A stretch of DNA of 46,288 nucleotides from assembly GCA_964421805.1 (NCBI GenBank), contig CAYQZN010000001.1, positions 1-46,288 on the forward strand, written 5' to 3'. The DNA comes from an uncultured Woeseiaceae bacterium (GTDB lineage: Bacteria; Pseudomonadota; Gammaproteobacteria; Steroidobacterales; Woeseiaceae). Shown here piece by piece: positions 8,890-17,690 of the stretch. Made by a program: the position numbers and the translations under genes. Position 1 is the stretch's first letter. The number at the start of each line of letters is the position of its first letter. The notes under the pieces were generated by a model. That model ran no database searches. It worked only from the letters and a program-made list of their open reading frames with translations, and was not told where the DNA came from.

Positions 8890-10237
8890 CGCTCTCCACC
8901 ACCCGGATGAGCCGGAACTCCTGGCCCGGCGTGCCCACCCGCAGACTGTCGCCGGCCTGCAGTACCGCCGAGCGGTCGATGCGGCTGCCGTTCAGCCAGG
9001 TGCCGTAGCGGCTGAGATCCTCCACGATGCACTGGCCGTTGTCCCGGCGCAGCACGCAGTGACGGCGCGAGACGCCGGCCGTGTCCGCATCCAGGGTGAT
9101 GCCCGGCTCGCCGCCGAGGCTGGTGCCGATGGCCAGCCCCTCGCCGTCCAGCGCCCAGGCACGGTGGCCATGCAGCAGATGGCTGGGCGACTCCCCGGCC
9201 TCGCGGATGGGCGCGGCGGGCGCCTCCACCGGACTCTGGTCCCACGGCAGGCGCCGGGTCAGCCGGCCGGGTCCCGCCGTCGCCGCCGTCGCCCGGGCCA
9301 GTGCGCCCCGCGCAGCCGCCGCCTCCTCCAGCACGAAGGGTTCGCCGCCGGCGCGGGCCACGAGGAAGTCCACGAGGCCGGGCAGAGCGGCTGTATGGCG
9401 GGTGAACTGCAGCGCCGGCGCCTCGGCGGCCCGGATGAGGGAGCGGACGTGGCCGGCGAGACTCTGGTAGATGCCGCTTACGGCCTCGGTGAAGGTCAGC
9501 AGCGGCAGCTCGGCTTCGTGGGTATGGCCGCCGAACTCGAGCTGCATGCGCACCTCGCCGCTCCTCTGTCCGGTCTCCAGCCAGGCGTCCAGTCGGTCGT
9601 AGAGGAGCTGTTCGGACTCCGCCGTGTGCAGCGGGTCGAAGCGGCTCTGGCGCACGAAGGCCTCGGCGATCACCGCCACCCAGGTATCGCGCAGGGCCGC
9701 CAGACCGGCCGCGTCCACCAGCTCCACACGGTCGGTAGCAGCGCCCTCTTCCTGAGCGATGCGGCTGACCGTGGCGGTGTGCAGGGAGAGATCGACGTGC
9801 AGCAGCGAGCGGCCCGGGTAAGCCCGGCGGGAACAGGCCACGGCGGAGTCCACCAGGGCGGTCACCGGCACCTCCAGCTCGCTCGCGATGCCGAGCAGCA
9901 CGCCGAGGCTCTCGCGCTCCATCCAGGCGGGCACCGCGAACACCACGCTGTCCACCGCCGATCGCTCGCTGCGCCAGATCTCCTCCAGCTGCCGGGAGGC
10001 GAGGTCCGCCGGCGTCAGATGCCGGAATTTCAGCTCCTGCACCGGCTCGAGACCGAGGTGGCGCCAGAAATGGCTCACCACGCTGCGCGGATGCCGGCGC
10101 GCCTCGCCCATTGCCCGCCGGCCGGTGATCAGATCGGCGTCGGCGAGCAGCGCGAAGCCCGGCTCACGATAGACCAGCCGCGAGCCGGTCACCGCCGTCA
10201 CGGCGGCGTCGTTCAGGGATATCGCGAGCGTCGTCAA
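8879..10237 (-). CDS. degenerate Hsp70/actin-like fold protein with C-terminal FHA domain
   Basis: C-terminal GVSRRHC..DLSRYGTWLNG..LQAGDSLRVG (FHA); N-terminal VFAVPAW, LLHVDL, EEAAAARGAL resemble Hsp70 NBD elements; TTG start. Confidence 0.75.
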   Translation of the reverse strand: MTTLAISLNDAAVTAVTGSRLVYREPGFALLADADLITGRRAMGEARRHPRSVVSHFWRHLGLEPVQELKFRHLTPADLASRQLEEIWRSERSAVDSVVFAVPAWMERESLGVLLGIASELEVPVTALVDSAVACSRRAYPGRSLLHVDLSLHTATVSRIAQEEGAATDRVELVDAAGLAALRDTWVAVIAEAFVRQSRFDPLHTAESEQLLYDRLDAWLETGQRSGEVRMQLEFGGHTHEAELPLLTFTEAVSGIYQSLAGHVRSLIRAAEAPALQFTRHTAALPGLVDFLVARAGGEPFVLEEAAAARGALARATAATAGPGRLTRRLPWDQSPVEAPAAPIREAGESPSHLLHGHRAWALDGEGLAIGTSLGGEPGITLDADTAGVSRRHCVLRRDNGQCIVEDLSRYGTWLNGSRIDRSAVLQAGDSLRVGTPGQEFRLIRVVESDDA

Positions 10238-10247
10238 ACCGTCTCCG

Positions 10248-11048
10248 TCAGTCGGACTTCATGTGGCGTATCAGCTGCTGATCCACGTAGCTCTCGGTGT
10301 CGAACACCAGCCGTTCCTGAAAGAGCTGCACCTGGTGCACCAGGAACATGAGCACGATGGAGAGCAGCAGCGCGATGAAGGTCGAGTTGAAGGCCACGCC
10401 CAGGCTCTGGGTGACGCCGGCGATGTCCCCCTCCACGGCCCGGTCGGCCTGCGCCAGCGCCTCGCCGATGCCGCGCACCGTGCCGATGAAGCCTATGGAG
10501 GGGATGGCCCAGGAGATGTAGCGGATCATCGCCAGCTCGGAGTCCAGCCGCTCGGCCTCGGACTCGCAGATGGTGTGGGTGCTCGAGGCGACGTCCTGCA
10601 CGTTGTGGGTGGAGTTGAAGCGCTGCAGGGCGTTCAACAGGGCCCGGGGCAGCAGCATGCGTCGCTGGTCGTCGCCCAGCGCCTGGATCTGGCGAGCGTA
10701 ATCCCGGGTGTCCTCCGGCAATACGCGCATGCCTTCTGCCACCGGCACCAGTTCCTCCTCCAGCAGGGAACGCTCGCGCAGGATGCGCACCGACTTGTAG
10801 CCCATGATGGCCAGGGCCCAGAACATCAGGATGAAACAGGCCTCCTGCTCGAAGTCCTTGATCAGCACCCACACGGAGCGCTCGCGCACGTAGTCCGGGT
10901 CTTCCTCCACCAGCCGGTTCTGCTCGACGATCACCTCCGCGGCGTTCGGACGCACCACCGAGACATAGAAGGTGTGCACCACGATGATCACGATGATCAG
11001 CGCGAACAGCTGGTAGACGAACTCGAAGGGGATGTTCTTCTTCTGCAT
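10248..11048 (-). CDS. MotA/TolQ/ExbB proton channel family protein
   Basis: WAIPSIGFIGTVRGIGEAL and GVTQSLGVAFNSTFIALLLS pore helices; four hydrophobic segments. Confidence 0.9.
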   Translation of the reverse strand: MQKKNIPFEFVYQLFALIIVIIVVHTFYVSVVRPNAAEVIVEQNRLVEEDPDYVRERSVWVLIKDFEQEACFILMFWALAIMGYKSVRILRERSLLEEELVPVAEGMRVLPEDTRDYARQIQALGDDQRRMLLPRALLNALQRFNSTHNVQDVASSTHTICESEAERLDSELAMIRYISWAIPSIGFIGTVRGIGEALAQADRAVEGDIAGVTQSLGVAFNSTFIALLLSIVLMFLVHQVQLFQERLVFDTESYVDQQLIRHMKSD

Positions 11049-11055
11049 GGGTCCC

Positions 11056-11454
11056 TCAGATATCCACGGGGAAATTCACTGACTGGTCCGAGGAAACCTC
11101 CTGCGTGGGCACGAAGTCGTCGTCCTCTTCCTGTTCGTAGTCGCCGCTCGCACCCTGCTCGTCGGCGCCGACGATCTCGGCGAGACGTTCCTCTTCTTCC
11201 GTCAGGCCGTCATCCGCATCACCGGTGGCGCCTTCGCCGTCGGCGCCGTCGCCGCCGGTCGTGGGTGACCCGTCGTCGCCGTTCGCTGCAGGGCCTTCGG
11301 CATCGTCCTCGCCCTCCGGCGTCCCGCTCTCCTGAGCCAGCGCGGCGGTCGCGAACCACGGTCCGGCGGCGAGCGGCGCCGCGACGGTTATTGTCATGGC
11401 AATAGCCACGACCAGCGCCATGGCGGCGGCCATACGTGCGATCGTCGAAGTCAT
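11056..11454 (-). CDS. small exported acidic protein ending ..FVPTQEVSSDQSVNFPVDI
   Basis: Hydrophobic signal region ending ALA-Q, D/E/G-rich disordered middle, ordered-looking C-terminal motif; stop 7 bp before the MotA/TolQ start. Confidence 0.75.
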   Translation of the reverse strand: MTSTIARMAAAMALVVAIAMTITVAAPLAAGPWFATAALAQESGTPEGEDDAEGPAANGDDGSPTTGGDGADGEGATGDADDGLTEEEERLAEIVGADEQGASGDYEQEEDDDFVPTQEVSSDQSVNFPVDI

Positions 11455-11470
11455 CGTCTCGAAGTCATCG
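11445..11470 (-). repeat. 12-bp direct repeat (14-bp period) duplicating the start-codon region
   Basis: + strand tcgaagtcatcg at 11445-11456 and 11459-11470. Confidence 0.75.
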
Positions 11471-11542
11471 GCATGTTCCCCGATTCCATTGTCCCGGAAC
11501 CCACGAGTATGACAGCGCGGACGCCGAATTATTCCGCCGCTC

Positions 11543-13972
11543 TCACTCCGGCGCGTTGCGCACCAGCCGGAAGCCCACGTCCGTGCGCGGATCGGTGCCG
11601 AAGTCGCGGAAACTCAGCCTGAGCTGGGTAATGCCGGAGTGCTGCCAGCTGGAGCCCCGTATGACCCGGTGCGTGCCGCTGTCCGGGCCGAGCGGGTCCA
11701 CCGCCACGTCGTCGGCCGGGCCGGTGTAGACGGCGTAGTGGTCGTTGGTCCACTCGGCCACGTTGCCACCGATATCGTACAGGCCCAGCGCACTCGCCGG
11801 GAACGTACCGACCGGGGCCGTCGACGCGAAGCCGTCGCTGTAGCGCGGCAGCACGGTCGGCACGATCTCCTTCGCGGCCTGGTCGGCGTAATTGCCGGAC
11901 TCCTCCGGCGGCGGCATCTCCTGACCCCAGGGGTATTTCAGTTTGCCGGCGCCGCCCTGGTAGCGCGCCGCCCAGGCCCACTCGGCCTCGGTGGGCAGAC
12001 GGTAGCCGTCCGGCAGGGGGCGGATGGGTACCAACTGGCCGAACTTCTCCTCGTACACCGGCGTCAGTCCTTCCTTCCTGCTCAGCCAGTTGCAGAAGGC
12101 GGCCGCGTCCTGCCAGCTGACGCTGGCCACGGGATTGTTGTCGCCGGCCAGCGCGGGATGCGTGTCCGCACCCGAGTCGTGTGCCTCCCGGAATGCCAGG
12201 AACTCACGGTTGGTGACCTCGTTGATGCCGATATAGAACGGCTGCGTGAGGCGGACGCCGCGCAGGTTCTCGTTGGCGCGCCGGCCGGGCTCGCGGCGCG
12301 ACGCACCCATCATGAACTCACCGGGCGTGACGTAGCGCAGCGCGGCGCCCTGGGATGTCGTGATCCGCTGGGGGATGGATGCGAGTCTCGCCTCCTCCAG
12401 CGTGCGCAGCCGGATGTTAACGGTCTGCGGGAAACCGGGCCGCGGCGTGACCTCGCCCTGCCAGCTCTCGTAGCCTTCACGGCGCACCATGACCGCCTGG
12501 GGCTCGGCCGGCAGTTCCAGCCGGGTGTCGCCCCGCCCCACCGAGCGGCCGTCCACCACGATCTCCGCGTCGCCGGGCGTCACCGAGAATCGCACCTCGC
12601 CGATGCGCGCGGTCAGGTCCACCCGCAGCGTCTCACCCTGGGCGGCCTCCAGCACCACGTTGCGACTGTAGGCGCGGTAACCCGCCTTGGACAGGCCGAC
12701 CGTATAACGCCGGCCCGGCGCCAGCGAGATGCGCACGGGCGTCTGCCCCCGGTAGCGGCCGTCCACCGTCACGTTGGCGCCCGCCGGCTCGCTGATCACG
12801 CGGAGTACCCCGTCGGCCCTCTCCAGTGCGACGGTCGGCAGGGTCATGGGCGTGTCCGCGAACGCCGTGACGCGACCCTCCCAGGGTTTGTAGCCCTCCA
12901 GCACCAGGGAAATCTCGTTGCGGCCCTCGGGCAGCTCCACCGTGGCCGGCGTCTCGCCGAGAGGCTCGTCGCCCGCCAGCACGGTGGCGCCGGCTGGTTT
13001 GGAGGTGACGGTGACCGGCGCGAAGGCCGGCACCAGCTGGACGGTCAGCCGCTGGGTGCGATCCAGGCCGGGCACCTCGAGCCGGGCCTGCCAGGGCAGG
13101 TAGCGCTCCGCGAGTACCTCCACCCGGTACTCGCCGGGGTCGAGCACCCGCGGCGGCAGCGGCGTCCTGCCGATCTCTTCGCCGTCGATGAATACCGCGG
13201 CGCCGGCGACCGGCGCGGACTCCACTACCAGCCGGCCGGGCATGCGTTCCTGCTCGAGCTGCAGGGTCAGGCTGTCCTCGTCGCCCACCTCGAAGCGCCG
13301 CTCCAGCGGATGGTAACCCTCACTCTCCAGGGTCACGGTGTAGACCCCCGGGCGCAGCAGGTAACGATCGCCCAGCGGCAGGCGGAACCAGCCGCCGCTG
13401 ATCTCGATGCCGCCCGGCTCGGCGGGGACGGTCTCCAGCCGCACCGAGGTGGAGGTGAACAACAGCCACGCCATGGCGGCGAGCACCGCCAGCGCGGCTC
13501 CGACCCAGCCGTACCAGGGAATGCCGCGGCGCTCTTCGGCCCGCTGCTGCTCGATCTCCCGCCGCCGGTAGGCGATCGGCGCGATCTCCTCCGCGTCCTC
13601 CGCCGCCTCGCTCTCCTCGACGACGGGTGGAGCCGTGACGTAGCGACTGTCGTCCAGCGCCAGATCGAGGCGCAGCTGATTCGCCGCCAGAGCCACGCGG
13701 ATGCGCGTGCCGTACGCATCGATCTCGTCGCCGTCGCGCAGGCGCCGGGCAGCCGACAACGCCTCGCCGTTGACCTCCACCCTGCCCTCGGCGCCGCCGG
13801 GCTGGACGAAAGGCGCACCGTCCAGCACGTCCACGACGGCCAGCGGCAGCGCCGCCGCCGGACCGGGCACCGGGATCTGACTGCCCGGTGCCGTGGCGAC
13901 GCGCAGCGGCAGATCGGACGTGCCGTACTCGCGTTCGCCGACCTCGCTGACGACGATGATCTTCAGGCTCAA
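11543..13972 (-). CDS. FHA-like / TM / multiple PEGA / FGE-sulfatase (SUMF1)-fold protein
   Basis: TM WVGAALAVLAAMAWLLF; repeated PEGA units (S.PAGA.V.VDG...G.TP); C-terminal GEFMMGAS, EVTN, RLPTEAEW, GLYDIGGNVAEW, GFRLVR; TTG start coupled to upstream stop. Confidence 0.88.
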   Translation of the reverse strand: MSLKIIVVSEVGEREYGTSDLPLRVATAPGSQIPVPGPAAALPLAVVDVLDGAPFVQPGGAEGRVEVNGEALSAARRLRDGDEIDAYGTRIRVALAANQLRLDLALDDSRYVTAPPVVEESEAAEDAEEIAPIAYRRREIEQQRAEERRGIPWYGWVGAALAVLAAMAWLLFTSTSVRLETVPAEPGGIEISGGWFRLPLGDRYLLRPGVYTVTLESEGYHPLERRFEVGDEDSLTLQLEQERMPGRLVVESAPVAGAAVFIDGEEIGRTPLPPRVLDPGEYRVEVLAERYLPWQARLEVPGLDRTQRLTVQLVPAFAPVTVTSKPAGATVLAGDEPLGETPATVELPEGRNEISLVLEGYKPWEGRVTAFADTPMTLPTVALERADGVLRVISEPAGANVTVDGRYRGQTPVRISLAPGRRYTVGLSKAGYRAYSRNVVLEAAQGETLRVDLTARIGEVRFSVTPGDAEIVVDGRSVGRGDTRLELPAEPQAVMVRREGYESWQGEVTPRPGFPQTVNIRLRTLEEARLASIPQRITTSQGAALRYVTPGEFMMGASRREPGRRANENLRGVRLTQPFYIGINEVTNREFLAFREAHDSGADTHPALAGDNNPVASVSWQDAAAFCNWLSRKEGLTPVYEEKFGQLVPIRPLPDGYRLPTEAEWAWAARYQGGAGKLKYPWGQEMPPPEESGNYADQAAKEIVPTVLPRYSDGFASTAPVGTFPASALGLYDIGGNVAEWTNDHYAVYTGPADDVAVDPLGPDSGTHRVIRGSSWQHSGITQLRLSFRDFGTDPRTDVGFRLVRNAPE

Positions 13973-16308
13973 ATGGGTTCCTCGCAGCGGACCACGATCG
14001 GCTCGAGTTCGATCTCCGGGGCCACCCGGAAATCGATGCGCACGTCCCGGTAGCCGACCCGGGAGCCCATGACTGTATAGCTGCCCGGGCGGAGTTCAAG
14101 CTCCCGCCGTTCGAAAGTTCCCAGACGGCCGACCCGGAAGACGGTGACCTCGGTCTGCCCGTCGGAGACGAACTGCACTTCCAGGGGCGTGGCCGCCCGC
14201 TTCAGCAGCCGGGCGAGTTCGCGGCGCTGGCTCTCCAGGCGCGGGCCGCCGTCCATTTTCACGAGTTCCGTCAGCACCGTGGAGGCGCGGCGCAGCGTGG
14301 CCGGTTCGCTCAGTGGGTCCGGGTTCGCGATCCAGCCCTCGAGCTGGCGATCAAGGGCCAGCCGCCGGCGGGCCCGGACGCGGCCCTCGCGAGCGAAATC
14401 CAGGTTCGCATCCTGCTCCAGAATCTCGCCCCAGGTGGCCAGCGCGGCCTGCCAGTCCTCCGCGGCCTCCTCGCGCTCCGCCTCGTTGGTCAGGCGCTCG
14501 ATGGTCCGCAGCCGCACCGCCTGTTCCACCTGCAGCAGCCCGTCCCCGGGCTCCTGCGAAGAAGGCCGCAACTCGCGGGCGGCCTCGAAGGCCTGCCGAG
14601 CGGCATCGAAACGCTCGGCCTGCAGGGCCTCGAACCCCGCGGTCATGCGCTCCTCGAAGCGGCGCCGCTCCAGCGCGGCGCGCACGCGCGCGAGCCCGGC
14701 CGCGGCCCGGTCGTAGTAAGGGTCCAGCTCGGTCGCCGCCCGGAATCGCTCCGCCGCCGCCGTCAGCTCGCCGCGCCGCTCGAACGCCTCGGCCTCGTCG
14801 GTGAGGTCGATGACCTCCAGCAGCGTCTCGGCGCGGGCGAGGCCCCGCCCGGCAGCCTCGTTGTCCGGGGTGATGGCCAGCGCCAGCTCGAACTGGCGCC
14901 GCGCCGTCGTCACGTCCTCGGCCTCCAGTGCCGCCTCACCCGCGGCCAGCGCGCGCTCGAACTCGCTGTCGACTCGGGCGATCAGGCCGTCGAGGCCCGC
15001 ACTGGCCTCCCGGTACAGCGTCTCGGCGCGCCTGTAATCCTTGGCGAGATAGGCCTCGTCACCCTGTTCGTAGGCGGCTCGTGCGGCCGCGTAGTCCTGA
15101 CCGCCCCAGCGCTCCACGCCACGCAATTCCAGCACCTCGAGTTTGGTCAGCAGCTCGCCCAGCGCGCGGTCGGCCCGGTTCCTGGCCTGCACCACTTCGT
15201 CCCGGGCGGCATCGTCGACCAGGTTCTCGGAGAACCGCACGGCCTCCTCTTCGCCTTCGTTTTCGCCGTCATCCTGCGACTCGGTGGTCGCCTGTGCGGA
15301 GTCGAGGGAGGCCGGCTCCTGCTCTCCGCCGGCGCGGCGCTCCTCGATCCGCTCCGGCAGGAAGGCCACCACCCAGATCGCCGCCGCCAGCAGCACCGCC
15401 AGCGCCGCGCCGACGACGGTGGCCGGCACGCCCTGCCGGCGCGCGGGCGCGGCCGCCGGCGCGGCGCCGGCGCGGCGGCGCGGCGTCACCGCCTCCGTCG
15501 ACTCGTCTTCCAGCGGCCGGGCCGGCGACGGACGCACCGCCCGCGCACGGGCCTGTTCCCGCGGCAGCAGACCGGCCGAGATGCCGAGGCTGCCGAGGGC
15601 ATCGACCACGGTCTCCGCATCGGGGCGCGTCCGTTCCTCGCCCAGCATGGCTTCCGTCAGGTCGCGCAGGCCGGCGACTTCGAAGTCGTTCCGGACCGGC
15701 CAGCGCACCCCGGGCTCGTCCGGCGCGCGGCCGTGCCAGAGCTCGAAGATCAGCACGCCGAGGGCGTGGATATCGTCGGCGGTCGACGGTGGCCCGTCGG
15801 CGCCCCGCTCCGGGCTGAGCGCGGCCGGAGTGCCGCCCGCGCTGCCGGCGGCGGCGAAATCGCTCAGTGCGGTGCGTCCGCCGGTATCCACCAGCACGTT
15901 GCGCGCCGAGACGTCGCCGTGCGGCAGATGCCGGTTGTGGGCGTACACCAGCGCCGCAGCCACGCTGGCGATCCCGCGCAGCCATTCCGAGGGCGGCCGG
16001 TCGGCGAAGGCGGCGATATCGGCGCCGTCGACGTACTCCATGCCATAGAACGGCCGCGGCTCGGCGTGGAACTCGAAGATTCTGACGATGTGGGGATGAT
16101 TCAGCGACCGGATACGGCGCCAGCCGGCCTCGAAGCGCTCGCGCTGCTCCGGAGCGCCGCGGAGAGCGTCGGACAACAGCCGCAGCGCAACGGCGGAGCC
16201 CGCCCGATGATCGTGGGCGAGCCACACCTCGGCCGTGCCACCGGCGCCCAGGCGGCGGCGCAGCTCGTAGCGGTCCAGCAGTCGCAGTCCGGGATGCAAC
16301 TCCATCAT
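13969..16308 (-). CDS. Hanks-type Ser/Thr kinase-like (probable pseudokinase) with TM, periplasmic TPR-like helices and C-terminal PEGA-like beta domain
   Basis: RYELRRRLGAGGTAEVW, LNHPHIVRIF, MEYVDG, HGDVSARN, DFA, GTPAALSPE, DIHALG; TM VVGAALAVLLAAAIWVVAFL; helical repeats (FELALAITPDN, ATELDP, ARELRP). Confidence 0.85.
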   Translation of the reverse strand: MMELHPGLRLLDRYELRRRLGAGGTAEVWLAHDHRAGSAVALRLLSDALRGAPEQRERFEAGWRRIRSLNHPHIVRIFEFHAEPRPFYGMEYVDGADIAAFADRPPSEWLRGIASVAAALVYAHNRHLPHGDVSARNVLVDTGGRTALSDFAAAGSAGGTPAALSPERGADGPPSTADDIHALGVLIFELWHGRAPDEPGVRWPVRNDFEVAGLRDLTEAMLGEERTRPDAETVVDALGSLGISAGLLPREQARARAVRPSPARPLEDESTEAVTPRRRAGAAPAAAPARRQGVPATVVGAALAVLLAAAIWVVAFLPERIEERRAGGEQEPASLDSAQATTESQDDGENEGEEEAVRFSENLVDDAARDEVVQARNRADRALGELLTKLEVLELRGVERWGGQDYAAARAAYEQGDEAYLAKDYRRAETLYREASAGLDGLIARVDSEFERALAAGEAALEAEDVTTARRQFELALAITPDNEAAGRGLARAETLLEVIDLTDEAEAFERRGELTAAAERFRAATELDPYYDRAAAGLARVRAALERRRFEERMTAGFEALQAERFDAARQAFEAARELRPSSQEPGDGLLQVEQAVRLRTIERLTNEAEREEAAEDWQAALATWGEILEQDANLDFAREGRVRARRRLALDRQLEGWIANPDPLSEPATLRRASTVLTELVKMDGGPRLESQRRELARLLKRAATPLEVQFVSDGQTEVTVFRVGRLGTFERRELELRPGSYTVMGSRVGYRDVRIDFRVAPEIELEPIVVRCEEPI

Positions 16309-16347
16309 CGATCCGGCGGGTTTAGGGCGTCGTTCCGGGCGGCCGTC

Positions 16348-17649
16348 TCAGCCGGACGGGCCGGGCGACGATTCTGCGGACGATCCTCTGGACGGTTCTT
16401 TGGACGATACTGCGCGCGAGGGGGCGCCTACCTGCAAGTCCTCGGGGAACCCGCTCTCCGCCTCGTAGATCTCGTGCAGGAGGCGGCGCCACTGCTCGTA
16501 CTGGGCCTCGGCCGTGCCGGTGAGCCGTCGCGTCTGGCCTTTCACCGTCACCACCATCGGCGCGGCCTCGGAGTTGAACGAGTCGGCCAGCTCGCGGATC
16601 GATTCCTTGTGCAGCTTGGCCTCGGCATTGCGACGGAACGCCGAACCGATCACCTCGAGCCCGCCGTGGATGGCGAAAGACTGCAGCGCGCGCTTCGTGC
16701 GCCGCGCCGTGCCGCTGTCGCTGTCCGTGTTCATGCTGGCCGCGCCGGCCACCACGACGATGCCGGCCAGCCCGCGGATGAGCGCGGACCGGCGCATCTC
16801 GCGATAGGTCACCGCCTGCTCGCGGGCAGCCTTGCGCCAGCCTTCGTAGGGGATGGCGATGCCGTAGTAGAAATTCGCGTAATGCTCGTTGAGCGTATCC
16901 ACGAACAGGTTGTCCCGCTCACGCACCTGGCGCAGACGGCGCAGCATCGGGTCGTTCTCCGCCGGCAGGCGGCGGATCTCGTAGCGGCCGCGGTCGGTTT
17001 CGGCGAGGTAGTCGTCGTACACCCGGGGGGCCAGATCCTCCATGAAGCGCAACTCGGCGACGCGGCGGATGCGCCCGACTTCCTCCACGGAGAGTTCGTC
17101 CAGCAGCTCCTTCAGGTCGTTCGCGATCTCGTTGTAGACGTTCTGGTAGGGATCGTTCCGGCGGTCACGGTTCTGTGCATAGTCCGCCCCCACCATCCGC
17201 GCCTTGTAGCGCTTGTCCATCCATTCCCGGCCCGTGGCATCGAGGGCGACCACCTCCAGCTCCACCGTCTGACCGTCGGACTCGCGAATCTCGCCTGTCA
17301 CGTACAGGTCGGTATAGACCTCACGGCTCGGCAACACGCGCACCGCGCCCCAATAGCCGGTGCGCTGCAGTGTGTTCTTCAGGTGATAGGCGAAATAACG
17401 CGTCTCCGCCCGCCGAATCTCCGGGTAGATGCCGGTCTCCTCCGGCTCGTTATCCTCCTCGATGCCCGGCGCGAACTCGATGACACCGACGTCCAGCAGG
17501 CGCGCCTCGGGTACTTCGACCGCGGCGCGGGTCAGGTCGACGTCCTCGCCGGCGCTCTCGACGCGCGCGACGCTGCAGCCGGCGAGCACGGAGACGGCCA
17601 GCAGCAGGATGGCCGAACGGCAGACGAGGGTTGCGGTGCTGGGGGTCAT
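16348..17649 (-). CDS. conserved-looking hypothetical lipoprotein
   Basis: Lipobox VLAG-C after hydrophobic stretch; 433 aa with typical codon usage; in operon. Confidence 0.8.
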   Translation of the reverse strand: MTPSTATLVCRSAILLLAVSVLAGCSVARVESAGEDVDLTRAAVEVPEARLLDVGVIEFAPGIEEDNEPEETGIYPEIRRAETRYFAYHLKNTLQRTGYWGAVRVLPSREVYTDLYVTGEIRESDGQTVELEVVALDATGREWMDKRYKARMVGADYAQNRDRRNDPYQNVYNEIANDLKELLDELSVEEVGRIRRVAELRFMEDLAPRVYDDYLAETDRGRYEIRRLPAENDPMLRRLRQVRERDNLFVDTLNEHYANFYYGIAIPYEGWRKAAREQAVTYREMRRSALIRGLAGIVVVAGAASMNTDSDSGTARRTKRALQSFAIHGGLEVIGSAFRRNAEAKLHKESIRELADSFNSEAAPMVVTVKGQTRRLTGTAEAQYEQWRRLLHEIYEAESGFPEDLQVGAPSRAVSSKEPSRGSSAESSPGPSG

Positions 17650-17673
17650 GGTTTCCTAGGGGTCATGGTTTCC
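17642..17673 (-). repeat. 15-bp perfect direct repeat (17-bp period) duplicating RBS/start region
   Basis: + strand ggggtcatggtttcc at 17642-17656 and 17659-17673. Confidence 0.85.
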
Positions 17674-17690
17674 GGGCGTGCCTTGGTTCA

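Noticed and set aside
5902-11048. Zorya anti-phage system (ZorA/ZorB-like channel plus OmpA domain)
   Set aside because: The channel protein has no long cytoplasmic tail, the OmpA domain is on a separate signal-peptide protein, and no helicase or nuclease genes are present
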